DNA of 64,000 bases from Myxococcota bacterium. GTDB taxonomy: Bacteria; Myxococcota_A; UBA796; UBA2385. The notes beneath the pieces are model-generated. The model saw only the letters and a program-made list of their open reading frames with translations. It was not told the DNA's origin and did no database searches. Position numbers and translations under genes: made by a program. Positions 38,493 to 47,802 of this stretch are shown here, piece by piece. Location of the stretch: positions 1 through 64,000 of the forward strand of contig JBIJDH010000018.1 in the NCBI GenBank assembly GCA_044344255.1, written 5' to 3'. Position 1 is the stretch's first letter. Each line of letters begins with the position of its first letter.

Positions 38493-39287
38493 TCAGAGGG
38501 GCTCCATCACCAGCCAGGGCGTGGGGCCCTCCCGCCACTCCCAGGTGGCCAGCAATTGGTCGAGGTGCCCGAGGCGCTGGAGCCAGTCGGGGAGCGGCGG
38601 AGCGGCGAGGCGGTGCTCGACGCGGGTGACCCTGTGGCTGTCGGCGAAGCGGCGCGCGAGCGTGTCGGTCAGCCCGGGGATGAAACAGTCATGGCACTCC
38701 ACCACCACCGTCATCGCGCGGAGGCCGGGGCTGGCGACGGGGTCGAGCAGCTCCCGCTCCGCGCCCTCGATGTCCATCAGGAGCCAGGTCTTCTTGTCTG
38801 CGAAGGCGGCGAAGTCGGCGGGCGTGAACAGACCTCCCACGGTCACGCGGTCGCCCACGCCGTTGAGCTCGGCGACGGCGCGGCAGGCCGCCTGGGCGAG
38901 GGGGTTGAGGTCGTGCGCGAAGACGGGGACCGCGGGGAGCCGCGTCGCGAGGCCGACGGCGTAGTACCCATCGGCGCAGCCGACGTTGAGCACCGCGTCC
39001 CAGCGCTCCAGGAGCAGGCGCTCGACGTAGGGGTGGAGCTCGTGCTCATAGCAGCCGAGCAGGCGCGGCGCCGAGCAGCCCTCCGTGACCTCTCCGACGA
39101 AGCGGAGCCCGGCGAAGGGCCCCGTCTGCACCACGTTCCCGCGCTCGGCGACCAGGGTGTTGGTGATCAGCCCGTGGCGCCACTTCGAGAGGAGGCGGGT
39201 GAGCTGGTTGAGGTCCTCGTTGCTGAGCGCTGACCGCTGGGCGAGCGCCTTTCGGAGCAGGATCTCGACGGGCTTCTGCGGAGGCAT
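38493..39287 (-). CDS. FkbM-like class I SAM methyltransferase
   Basis: GPFAGL, LGCYEHEL, NVGCADGYYAVG, MDIEGAE, VECH. Confidence 0.7.
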   Translation of the reverse strand: MPPQKPVEILLRKALAQRSALSNEDLNQLTRLLSKWRHGLITNTLVAERGNVVQTGPFAGLRFVGEVTEGCSAPRLLGCYEHELHPYVERLLLERWDAVLNVGCADGYYAVGLATRLPAVPVFAHDLNPLAQAACRAVAELNGVGDRVTVGGLFTPADFAAFADKKTWLLMDIEGAERELLDPVASPGLRAMTVVVECHDCFIPGLTDTLARRFADSHRVTRVEHRLAAPPLPDWLQRLGHLDQLLATWEWREGPTPWLVMEPL

Positions 39288-39558
39288 CGGGCGGCTCCTG
39301 GGTCCCCAGGGGAGAGGACCGGGCGTGGACCTATGCTCCGCGGGGGCGGGCGAGCAAGCGGGAGACCCGCGCGGGGAGGAGGGGGAGGGGTGACGGAGGT
39401 CGACGAAGGGTGGTGGACATTCGTCAGTCTTCACCACCACCCAGACGGTTGAAGGCTCGTTTTTTGGTGGCATGCCTCCTGCATTGGGGGGCGCCACGCA
39501 CCGTCCGACCTCGACCGCCCTCCCGGCGGCGCCCACCCGGCGGTGAAGTGGCTGTCCC

Positions 39559-40359
39559 TTGACGCTCCGCCCGCTCTCTCCCCCTGCCGTCGCCCTGGCT
39601 CCTCCCGCCGCGCCCGCCGCGCCGATCGTGCTCGAGCTCCGCGGGAGGGCGGACTACCTCGGCGCGGTCTCGGTCATCCTGGCGATGAGCGACGGTCACC
39701 GGCCGCTGCAGCCCGTGGTCGTCCAGATCGTAGAGCCGGTCGGCCTCCCCTCCGTGCTCCACCTCGGCGAGGCGGGGGAGGGGCTGCCGGTTGACCTCAC
39801 CCTGGACGGAGGAGGCCACCGGCTCCGGCGCTGTCGCGTCTCCTTGGCGGGCCGGCGGGTGGTGGTGCGGGACCTGCACCTCGAGCCGGAGGGCCTCGCG
39901 GGGGACGCGCTCGTGGTGGACGCGACGCAGGCGGTGGAGCTGCACAACCTGAGCGTGACGGGGGCGGGGCGCGCACCTCCGGGCCGAGGCCCGCGGGGCG
40001 CGGGGCGCAGCGTCCTCCTCAGCGCCTCGGGCCCGTCCGTTCGGGTGGTCGCGGAGGGGGTGAGCGTCCTGGACGCGGGCTCTCCGGGCTCCGTCGTGCT
40101 CATGGGACAGGGGCAGGGATCGTTTGGCGAGGTGGACTGGGTAGAGGGGCGCTTCGGTGGGAACATCGATCCCACCTTTGTCACCGGGGGGGTGACGCTC
40201 ATCCGCGCCCGGGGCACCCAGCACATGGGCGCGGGCAGGCTCCTGTCGGCGCTGCCTTCGACCCTGCTCCTCGAAGACTGGACGGAGGTGCCCGCCTCCC
40301 AGGCCCTCCTCGACGCGTGGCGACAGGCGGCTCGGGGTGCCCTCGGAGCGCCCGGGTAG
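39559..40359 (+). CDS. Hypothetical protein
   Basis: 266-aa ORF with GC3-biased codons filling the gap upstream of the protease; no recognised motif. Confidence 0.4.
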   Translation: MTLRPLSPPAVALAPPAAPAAPIVLELRGRADYLGAVSVILAMSDGHRPLQPVVVQIVEPVGLPSVLHLGEAGEGLPVDLTLDGGGHRLRRCRVSLAGRRVVVRDLHLEPEGLAGDALVVDATQAVELHNLSVTGAGRAPPGRGPRGAGRSVLLSASGPSVRVVAEGVSVLDAGSPGSVVLMGQGQGSFGEVDWVEGRFGGNIDPTFVTGGVTLIRARGTQHMGAGRLLSALPSTLLLEDWTEVPASQALLDAWRQAARGALGAPG

Positions 40360-40458
40360 CGGCACCTTCCCGCGCGCTCGCCTCTCTCTTCCGCCTGTCT
40401 CTCCCACTGTTCCCACCCTCCCTTCGCGCCGTCCCTATGGGACGGAGAGGACACCGCC

Positions 40459-42249
40459 ATGTCCAAGCGCCGCGCCGACCTTCGCTCCACCTCCCGAGAT
40501 GCCGCCCGCTCCGCCACCCCCGAGCAGGGGAGCGCCGCTGACCAGGCCGGCTCCAACCGACAGACCGGCGGCGCCGGGATGAGCGCCCGCGCCGAAGACC
40601 AGTCGGCGGCCGGTCAAGGCGCGACCCCCGTCACAGACCCCACGACCCCGTCGGAGGTGGAAGGGGAGCCGACCGAAGAGGGCCCGCTGAGCGTCGGCGA
40701 CAGCCAGGCGCCCCCGGAGCGGGCCGCGCCGGCGGTGGTGGAGGGCGAGCGAGCGGTGAGGGTGCTCGTGACGGCCGACCAGCCGCTGATCTTGTCCGGC
40801 CAGGCGGCGCCGCCGGCCTCCGCCTTGGTCGAAGAGCGACCGACCTCCGCGGAGGGCTCCTCCGAGGACTCCGCGGAGGACACGGCGGAGTGGGTTACGG
40901 TGACGCGTCAATACGGCACCGTGGAGGCGCCGTTCAGCGCCGCCTGCCTCGATCCGGTCGCGGTCTTCATCGGCGGTGAGCCCCAGCTCGCGGACATCCA
41001 GCAGGGGGCCATCGGCGACTGCTTCCTCCTCGCGGCCCTGGCCGACCTGCTCGGGAGTGACCCCGCGCGGATCAAGGCCATGATCCACGCGGACGCCCGC
41101 TCTGTCGCGGTGGACTTCTTTCGTTTCGATACGACCGCCGGCCAGTGGGCGCCGGTCACCATCCGGGTCGGCCGCGACCTGCTGCACTATCAGGACGGGG
41201 CGGACCTCTCGGGGTTGGTCGGGGCGGGGGTTCGGGTCGCCGCCAACCCGACCCAGGGCGCCTGGTTCGCGGAGGTCGATCCGCAGGGCCTCGGGGTCTG
41301 TGTGGACTGGACCTATGAGGCGGCCTCCTGGGTCGCCTATCTGGAGAAGGCATACGCGGCCTTCGCCGAGTCCTACGGGAAGTCGGGCGGCGCGCCCCAG
41401 GTCGCCGAGGCAGACGACCCGACGGGCGATGGGGTCTCTGGCTACGAGCACATCGACGGCGGCTTCGAGCGGGACGTGTACCGTGTCCTCTGTGGAGGCG
41501 ACGTCGTCCGCACCGGACGCTTCGGCATCGACGGCTGCGCCGACTCCGACTTCCTGATGGCGAACGCGGCGGTCATTCGAAGATTGGCCCAGGCGAGCGT
41601 GCCCGGGGAGACGGTGGACCGCTGTCTCACCGCCTCGATAGACCCAGGCAGCGCGGCCGAGCGGCTGCTCGTCGAGCTCCAGCGCGTCCTGTCCTGCGAG
41701 TGGATGAAGCGTTACCCCGCCTATCTTCGGGAGGAGCTTCAGTCCCTCGCCGCCGCGATCGGCCTGTGGAGAGACGCCCCGCTGTCCCCGTCGGACGAGG
41801 CGGACTCCCCCCGCGCGGCCGCGCTCGAGGCGGTGGCGGTCCGCGCGCGGCACCTCGTGGAGCCCGGTCGTTGGCCTGCCCTCGCCTCCGACGCGGAGGG
41901 CGGCGCCTTTCGGGCGCTCTATGAGCTGCTGCTCATCAACGCGACCAGCGGAGACGCCGAGGACCCGCAGCACACGATGACGGAGCACGCCTACTCGGTG
42001 CTGGGGGCCACGTTCATCGACCGGTCGGGGGCGGTCATCCCGATCGAGGGGGCCCCCTCGGTGGAGACCATCGCGACGATGGACGCCGACGCCTCCCAGG
42101 TGTCGCTCCGCAACCCGCACGGCGCCAACTCGCCGAAGCCGGCCGGGCCCGTTCCCGCGGATGATGGGCGCTTCTCCCTCAGCCTCGGCCAGTTCCTCCG
42201 GGCCTTCAGCGAGGTGGAGGTGGGGATGGTGAAGCGGACCGGCGCCTGA
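40459..42249 (+). CDS. Calpain-like (peptidase C2) cysteine protease
   Basis: QQGAIGDCFLLAALA (catalytic Cys), YLEKAYA, DGG, HAYSVL (His), LRNPHG (Asn), DGRF. Confidence 0.8.
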   Translation: MSKRRADLRSTSRDAARSATPEQGSAADQAGSNRQTGGAGMSARAEDQSAAGQGATPVTDPTTPSEVEGEPTEEGPLSVGDSQAPPERAAPAVVEGERAVRVLVTADQPLILSGQAAPPASALVEERPTSAEGSSEDSAEDTAEWVTVTRQYGTVEAPFSAACLDPVAVFIGGEPQLADIQQGAIGDCFLLAALADLLGSDPARIKAMIHADARSVAVDFFRFDTTAGQWAPVTIRVGRDLLHYQDGADLSGLVGAGVRVAANPTQGAWFAEVDPQGLGVCVDWTYEAASWVAYLEKAYAAFAESYGKSGGAPQVAEADDPTGDGVSGYEHIDGGFERDVYRVLCGGDVVRTGRFGIDGCADSDFLMANAAVIRRLAQASVPGETVDRCLTASIDPGSAAERLLVELQRVLSCEWMKRYPAYLREELQSLAAAIGLWRDAPLSPSDEADSPRAAALEAVAVRARHLVEPGRWPALASDAEGGAFRALYELLLINATSGDAEDPQHTMTEHAYSVLGATFIDRSGAVIPIEGAPSVETIATMDADASQVSLRNPHGANSPKPAGPVPADDGRFSLSLGQFLRAFSEVEVGMVKRTGA

Positions 42250-42428
42250 GGCGGCGCCGAATCAGCGTTGGGAATCGGTGGGGAGCTGACCCGCTGCGAC
42301 CAAGAGCACGCGCCCCAGAGCATCGTCGAGCAGGGAGCCTGGTTCTTCCCGGTTCACCGTTGCCCGGCGGCAGGCTCGGGACGAGGGGGCGACCCGCCAT
42401 CCCTGGCACCGATTCGATTGGGGGACGA

Positions 42429-43316
42429 TCAAACTCCGCCGCCAAGCTGGTCCAACAGGAAGTCCCAGACCGCCGCCACGCGAGGGACGTGGCGCTGCGC
42501 GCGATGCGCCACCAGCCACAGCTCCGTGGCGGGCAGGTCGGCCCAGGCCGTGGTCAGCGCCTCCCCGGGTGTCACAGGGACCAGCCCGAGGCGGGTGTAG
42601 GGGGCGGGGAGCAGCACGAGACCGAGGCCAGCGCGGGCCGCGGCGATGAGGCTCGCGGCGTGGTTGCTGCGCAGCACGGGGACGAGGTTTGGGGCGTGGG
42701 AGCGCAGCCAACGGGAGCCGGCAAGGTGGGCGAGCTGGTCCCCCCAGCCGAGCCAGCGGGCGTCGGAGAAGGCCTGCAGCGTGCCGAGGGAGGCCGCATA
42801 TTCGGGGGAGGTCAGCGGGAGCTCGTGGGTGGCCGCGACCTGAACCACCAGCAGCTCGCCGCTCTGGGGACGGACGGTGCGGAGCGCCAGATCGGCCTCC
42901 CGGCGCGTGAGGTCCGCGTAGGACACGCTGGCGTCGAGCTCGATGAGGAGGCTGGGGTACCGGGCCAAGAGCAAGGGGAGCAGGGGTGCCACGAAGGTGT
43001 CGGCGACACCCGGAGGCGCGGTGATGCGCACCAGCCCCTCAACGGTGGTCTCCACCTGGTTGCCCGCGGAGGCGAAGTGGGCGACGGCGAGCTCGACCTC
43101 TTCGGCGTGAGGAAGGAGGTGCTCGGCGGCGCTCGTGGGAACGAGACCGTCGCGGGTTCGGTCGAAGAGTGGTGCGCCAAGCTCCTCTTCGAGGCGGGCC
43201 AGACGGCGGCTGACGTTCGAGGCGTCGAGGCCGACGCGCCGCCCCGCGCCGACCAGGGTGCGAGCGCGCATCACAGCGAGGAAGAGGCGGATCTGCTCCC
43301 AGGGAGGCTCGAACAT
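42429..43316 (-). CDS. LysR family transcriptional regulator
   Basis: SNVSRRLARLEEELGAPLFDR HTH; READLALR; AGLG; divergent from the epimerase. Confidence 0.9.
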   Translation of the reverse strand: MFEPPWEQIRLFLAVMRARTLVGAGRRVGLDASNVSRRLARLEEELGAPLFDRTRDGLVPTSAAEHLLPHAEEVELAVAHFASAGNQVETTVEGLVRITAPPGVADTFVAPLLPLLLARYPSLLIELDASVSYADLTRREADLALRTVRPQSGELLVVQVAATHELPLTSPEYAASLGTLQAFSDARWLGWGDQLAHLAGSRWLRSHAPNLVPVLRSNHAASLIAAARAGLGLVLLPAPYTRLGLVPVTPGEALTTAWADLPATELWLVAHRAQRHVPRVAAVWDFLLDQLGGGV

Positions 43317-43422
43317 GGGGTCCACCGGGCTCGGCTGCGAAATCGCAAACCGGGACGGCAAATTAACAGCTTGGCCGGCGAACACGCAAGGGGCAAGTTG
43401 GGTTGAACCCAAGGAGCTCCCC

Positions 43423-44364
43423 ATGCAAGCGCTTCATGTCGTCCTCGGTGCCGGCCAGGTCGGACCCCTCGTCGCCCAGTCCCTCGTCGCCCGCGGGCAC
43501 CGGGTGCGGGTCGTCCGTCAATCGAGCCGGGCGGTCACGGTCCAGGGTGTCGAGGTGGTCACCGCCGATGTCCGCGACGCGGGAGTGGTGGCTCGGGTCA
43601 CCGAGGGCGCCGCCACCGTCTATCACTGTGTCAATCCGCGCTATTTCGAATGGCCCGCGCTGCTCATGCCCATCACAAAGGGGATTGTCGAGGGGACCCG
43701 CCGAAGTGGCGCAAACCTCGTCGCCCTAGACAATCTCTACATGTACGGCGATACCTCCCATGTCCACGCGGGCTCTGTCGTCGGGCCGCGCTCTCGAAAG
43801 GGGGCGCTCCGCGTGGAAGCGGCGGCCCTGATGTTGGACCCGACGATGAAGGGGGATCGGCGCGTCGTGATCGGTCGAGCGGCAGACTTCTTCGGGCCGG
43901 GCTCGACACAGTCCGCCGTCTTCGGAGCACGGTTCTTCGAGCGGATCCTGAACGGTCGTGCGGGCGAGTCTCTCGGCGACCCCGACATGCTCCACAGCTA
44001 CTCCTATGTGCCCGATGTGGCAGAGGGGCTCGTGGCGCTCGGCACCTCCGCGACGGCGACAGGCGTCTACATGCTGCCCGTCCAACCCGCGGAGACGACA
44101 CGCGCTGTCATCCAGCGCTTCTACCGCGAGATGGGCATCGACCGCGGGGTCGATCGGGTGCCCACCTGGGTCCTGCGTTTGATGGGGCTGTGGAACCCGA
44201 CGGTGCGGGAGCTGGTGGAGATGGTCTACCAGTGGGAGCAGCCCTATGTGGTGGATGACAGCCGAATTCGGGGCGAGCTCGGCCTGCAGCCCACCCCCTG
44301 GGAGGAGGCGGTGTCGGCGACCCTCGCTTGGGGCCGGACCGCCATCGGCCCGGCCCTGGCCTGA
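43423..44364 (+). CDS. NAD-dependent epimerase/dehydratase family protein
   Basis: LGAGQVG, DNLYMYG, RAADFFGPG, HSYSYVPD. Confidence 0.85.
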   Translation: MQALHVVLGAGQVGPLVAQSLVARGHRVRVVRQSSRAVTVQGVEVVTADVRDAGVVARVTEGAATVYHCVNPRYFEWPALLMPITKGIVEGTRRSGANLVALDNLYMYGDTSHVHAGSVVGPRSRKGALRVEAAALMLDPTMKGDRRVVIGRAADFFGPGSTQSAVFGARFFERILNGRAGESLGDPDMLHSYSYVPDVAEGLVALGTSATATGVYMLPVQPAETTRAVIQRFYREMGIDRGVDRVPTWVLRLMGLWNPTVRELVEMVYQWEQPYVVDDSRIRGELGLQPTPWEEAVSATLAWGRTAIGPALA

Positions 44365-44977
44365 CCGATATCTGGAGATCGGGGATGGAGATGGAGTGTC
44401 CGCATTGGAGATGGAGTGCCAGCGATGGATCGTTGACACTCCTGTTCGGCGTCGGCCCGAGGTCGGACAGCCCCTCCTTCCATCGCTCACACTCCGCATC
44501 GCGGGGGCGATGGGCACGCTGGCGCGCCTATCTCATTTGTATACGCGCGGGGGATCTCCCGTCACCTGGAAGAAGACGCGGCACGCCATCGAGCTCAAGC
44601 TCCGCCGAGGACCCGACACAGAGGAGCGCGCGCTGCGGCAGACCAACCACTGCCTCGACACCGCGGGTCGCGTCCATCCAAGGTAGCGCCCGCCGTGGAG
44701 GCCGTCCAAGGGGGCAGTTCACTGCCCGTTGACCGCAGAGTCCCGCCCTGCAGGTCTTCCAACAGGCTCATCGTACCGGAACGTCGGTGCCGAGCCCCGC
44801 TCCGAATCTTTGGCCCCAAAGCAGGCGGGTGAGCACCCCTCGAAGGAGCGACCCTCCATGCCTGGAACTGACTTGCGTCGGGAACGGTGATGTGGGTGAT
44901 CTCGGTACACCGCTGGCGGATCACGGCGTCGATGCCAGCAGGATCTGGCGATCGCCGACCTCGGCGACTACAATCCG

Positions 44978-45190
44978 ATGATGGAACGCTCCTTCGACCA
45001 GATGACCAAGGCCGAGCGCATCCTCTACGTGCAGGATCTCTGGGACCGGATCGCCGCAGATCCCGAGCCGGTGCCGCTCTCGGCCGCACAGGTCGCAGAG
45101 GTCCGTCGCCGGCTGGCTGACCACGAGGCGCATCCCGAGGCGTCGATCCCGTGGGAGACCGCCCGCGAACAGGTTCGGATTCGGCGGTGA
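44978..45190 (+). CDS. Addiction module antitoxin (TIGR02574-like)
   Basis: ERI..VQDLWDRI, EVRRRL, IPWE; overlaps the toxin start. Confidence 0.8.
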   Translation: MMERSFDQMTKAERILYVQDLWDRIAADPEPVPLSAAQVAEVRRRLADHEAHPEASIPWETAREQVRIRR

Positions 45191-45483
45191 CTCTGCCGCT
45201 CCGGATCCGCGCGGAGGCCAGCGCGGAGCTGAACGCCGCGTGGAACTGGTACGAGAACCAGCGCGAAGGGCTCGGGGATGATCTCCTGGGCTGTGTCGAC
45301 GCCGCCTTCGCCGCTGTTGCCAGAGCGCCCGAGGCCTACGCCGGCGTCGATGGACCAGTTCGGCGCGCGCTCGTCCGCCGGTTCCCCTACATTGTCCTGT
45401 TCCGCGAGTACCCCGATTACATCGCGATCCTGGCGGTTTTTCACACGAGCCGGAACCCGCAGGAGGCCCGCGGTCGGGGCTGA
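45187..45483 (+). CDS. RelE/ParE family toxin
   Basis: A.AEL..A..WYENQREGLG, RRALVRRFPY, ILAVFHTSRNP; GTGA overlap. Confidence 0.85.
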   Translation: MTLPLRIRAEASAELNAAWNWYENQREGLGDDLLGCVDAAFAAVARAPEAYAGVDGPVRRALVRRFPYIVLFREYPDYIAILAVFHTSRNPQEARGRG

Positions 45484-45537
45484 CGATCGGCGACCTGCTA
45501 TGCGAGTTCGATAACTTCGGCGCCCAGAATTGAAGAA

Positions 45538-45594
45538 GGCCCGTAGAAGTTCGTCACTTTCGACGGGCCCTCATAAGGTTGGTCGGGATGGGCG
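45538..45594 (-). mobile_element. Putative degenerate att site (tRNA-Pro 3'-end copy) with adjacent hairpin; likely left island border
   Basis: TTGGTCGGGATGGGCG (45579-45594) matches TTGGTCGGGGTGGCCG (62180-62195) at 14/16; GGCCCGT/ACGGGCC inverted repeat at 45538-45569. Confidence 0.5.
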
Positions 45595-45769
45595 AACGCT
45601 TATAGAACTTTTTGGTCGGATCCGCAGGAGTGGTCGGAGGAGCGAATGCTGGCGTTGAAGGCGGCGGCGGAGCCGCCGGTGCCGGTGTTGGCGGAGTGAG
45701 CGCCAGGGCTTCCGGGCGTCCCTCGGGGGCCGCGAGGGCGTAGCAATCGGTGCATCAGCACGATCCGGC

Positions 45770-45949
45770 TCACGACGCGCCCGCGGTACCGCGACCCCAG
45801 CCGTACCGCGACGTCGCGAGGAGCGCCACGCCGGCGACGAGCCAGAACGCGACCAGCGCGAGCGCCGCTGGGTCCGTCTCGTGAAGGTGCGGAACAGCCG
45901 CGGGGTGGGCATGGGCGAAGCTGACGAGCGTGACGGCGAGGGAAAGCAT
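45770..45949 (-). CDS. Small His-containing membrane protein
   Basis: MLSLAVTLVSFAHA-HPAAVPHLHE followed by a TM helix; its start overlaps the possible kinase start. Confidence 0.4.
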   Translation of the reverse strand: MLSLAVTLVSFAHAHPAAVPHLHETDPAALALVAFWLVAGVALLATSRYGWGRGTAGAS

Positions 45950-47216
45950 GAACTCGACCCTATCCCGCTCCGCCGCCGGGACGGATAGCGTCGCGCTCGT
46001 GACCCGCCCCCCCACCGTCGACCCCGCCCTCGCGCTTCGCTGGCTCTCGCAGGCCCGCCGCGGCGTCATCCTCGCCCAGACGCTGCTTCTGGCCGTTGCG
46101 CGGTTCGGGACCGACGTGCGGCCACCCCTCGTACCGCTCGTCGTCCTGCTCGGAGGGCTCGCCGTCTTCGACATCGTGGAACGCCGACGCGCCCCCACCG
46201 AGAGGCGTGTCGTCATCCACGCGGCCGTCGACCTGCTCGCCCTCACGGGCATCCTGCTCGTGACGGGGGGCGCGCAGAACCCGCTACAGGCGTTCTACCT
46301 CGTCGAGGTCGCGCTCCTCGCGATCGTGCTCCCCGGCCGCGCCGCGTGGATGGCAACGGGCGCCGCGGTGCTCTTGCAGGCCGTGGCAACGGTGTTCGCC
46401 CTCCACATCCCCGGCTTCGACGAGGAGCCGCACCACCATCACGGGCACCTCGCGGGGCATGTGCTGGCGTTCGACCTCGCGGCCGTGGCCGTCACCGCGT
46501 TCGTGGGTCGGCTCTCGGCGGCGCTGCGGGAGCGCCAGGAAGCGCTCCGAGCGTCCGAGGCGGAGCGCGCGCGCAGCGAGAAGCTGGCCGCGCTCGGGAC
46601 GCTGGCCGCGGGGACCGCACACGCGCTTGGGACGCCACTCGGCGCCATCGAGCTCCTTGCGGAGGAGATGGCGCTCGAACCTACGGACGAGACGCTCGGT
46701 GCGCTGCGCGGGGAGGTCCGGCGGTGCCGCGCGATCCTCGACCGGATGCTCGCCGGCGATGGTGGCGCCGACGGGACTACGGATCGGGTCGGTGAGCGCG
46801 TGGCCGGGTGGGTGGAGGCCTGGCGGGCCGGACAGCCCGGCGCGGTGCAGCTCGAAGTGGACGGCGCTTCGGTGCTCGCGACGGTGCTCGGCGGCGAGGA
46901 GGGCTGGCGCGATGCGATGTGGACCCTGCTCGACAACGCGCGCGCGGCGGGCGAGCCGATTCGGGTGATGACGCGTCGCGATGGCGATCGCGTCCTGGTC
47001 ACCATCGAGGACAGCGGCCCCCAGGTCCCGCCCGAGCGCCTCGCCCGCGCGGGCCAGCCGTTCTTCAGCGCGTGGCCGAGCCGTAAGGGGACGGGCCTCG
47101 GCCTCTACGTCGCGCGGACGTTCGCCCGCGCCGCCTCGGGCGACGTCCTGCTCGAGCCTTGCCCCGAGGGCGGCGCCCGGGCCATCCTCACGATGGTCGT
47201 GGTGGAGGGAACGTGA
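45948..47216 (+). CDS. regB: RegB/PrrB-family sensor histidine kinase
   Basis: TMs with GGAQNPL (GGxxNPF-like), H-box AHALGTPL, RRCRAIL redox Cys, DNA N-box, DSG, GTGLGL; true start uncertain. Confidence 0.8.
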   Translation: MNSTLSRSAAGTDSVALVTRPPTVDPALALRWLSQARRGVILAQTLLLAVARFGTDVRPPLVPLVVLLGGLAVFDIVERRRAPTERRVVIHAAVDLLALTGILLVTGGAQNPLQAFYLVEVALLAIVLPGRAAWMATGAAVLLQAVATVFALHIPGFDEEPHHHHGHLAGHVLAFDLAAVAVTAFVGRLSAALRERQEALRASEAERARSEKLAALGTLAAGTAHALGTPLGAIELLAEEMALEPTDETLGALRGEVRRCRAILDRMLAGDGGADGTTDRVGERVAGWVEAWRAGQPGAVQLEVDGASVLATVLGGEEGWRDAMWTLLDNARAAGEPIRVMTRRDGDRVLVTIEDSGPQVPPERLARAGQPFFSAWPSRKGTGLGLYVARTFARAASGDVLLEPCPEGGARAILTMVVVEGT

Positions 47217-47728
47217 ACACAGTGCTGGTGGTCGAGGACGACGAGGTCTACCGAAAGGCGCTCGCCCGGGCCCTCCGCCGGGAGGGGTTCGAACCGGTGG
47301 AAGCCGAGAGCGTGGAGTCCGCCCTCGCCGCCCTCGGCGGGATCGCGCCAGCGTACGCGGTCATCGACCTCGCGCTGGGGGACGGCTCCGGCATCGACGT
47401 CGTGCGCGCCATCACCGCGCGTGCGCCGGGATGTCGCTCGTTGCTCCTCACGGCTCACGGGACCATCCCATCCGCGGTCCAGGCCATACGCGCGGGCGCC
47501 GTCGACTTCCGCACCAAGCCCATCTCCACCGCCGAGCTCGTGGACGCCTTGCGCCGTGCCGAGCCCCATCGGCAAGCCCTGCCCGACGAGCTCGACGACG
47601 CTGAGCGCCAGCACATCCAGCGCATCCTCGCGGAGTGCGACGGAAACGTGTCCGAGGCCGCCCGGCGCCTCGGACTTCACCGCCGAACGCTCCAGCGCAA
47701 GCTGGAGAAGCTGGCATCCAACCACTGA
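47213..47728 (+). CDS. regA: RegA/PrrA-family response regulator
   Basis: VEDD, IDL, LLT, KP; Fis-type HTH GNVSEAARRLGLHRRTLQRKL. Confidence 0.85.
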   Translation: MNTVLVVEDDEVYRKALARALRREGFEPVEAESVESALAALGGIAPAYAVIDLALGDGSGIDVVRAITARAPGCRSLLLTAHGTIPSAVQAIRAGAVDFRTKPISTAELVDALRRAEPHRQALPDELDDAERQHIQRILAECDGNVSEAARRLGLHRRTLQRKLEKLASNH

Positions 47729-47751
47729 CAAGGCAAAGTGTCGCAGCCTGT

Positions 47752-47768
47752 CGCGACAACGTGTCACA
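47752..47768 (+). promoter_or_regulatory. Putative RegA box upstream of the TonB receptor operon
   Basis: CGCGACAACGTGTCACA; 13/17 identical to the 54371 site. Confidence 0.5.
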
Positions 47769-47802
47769 GGGCCAAACGGCGCGCTCACTCGTATGAGGCG
47801 CC

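Noticed and set aside
44509..44686. Short ORF GTLARLSHLY...
   Set aside because: No recognisable motif; may be a remnant but cannot be supported
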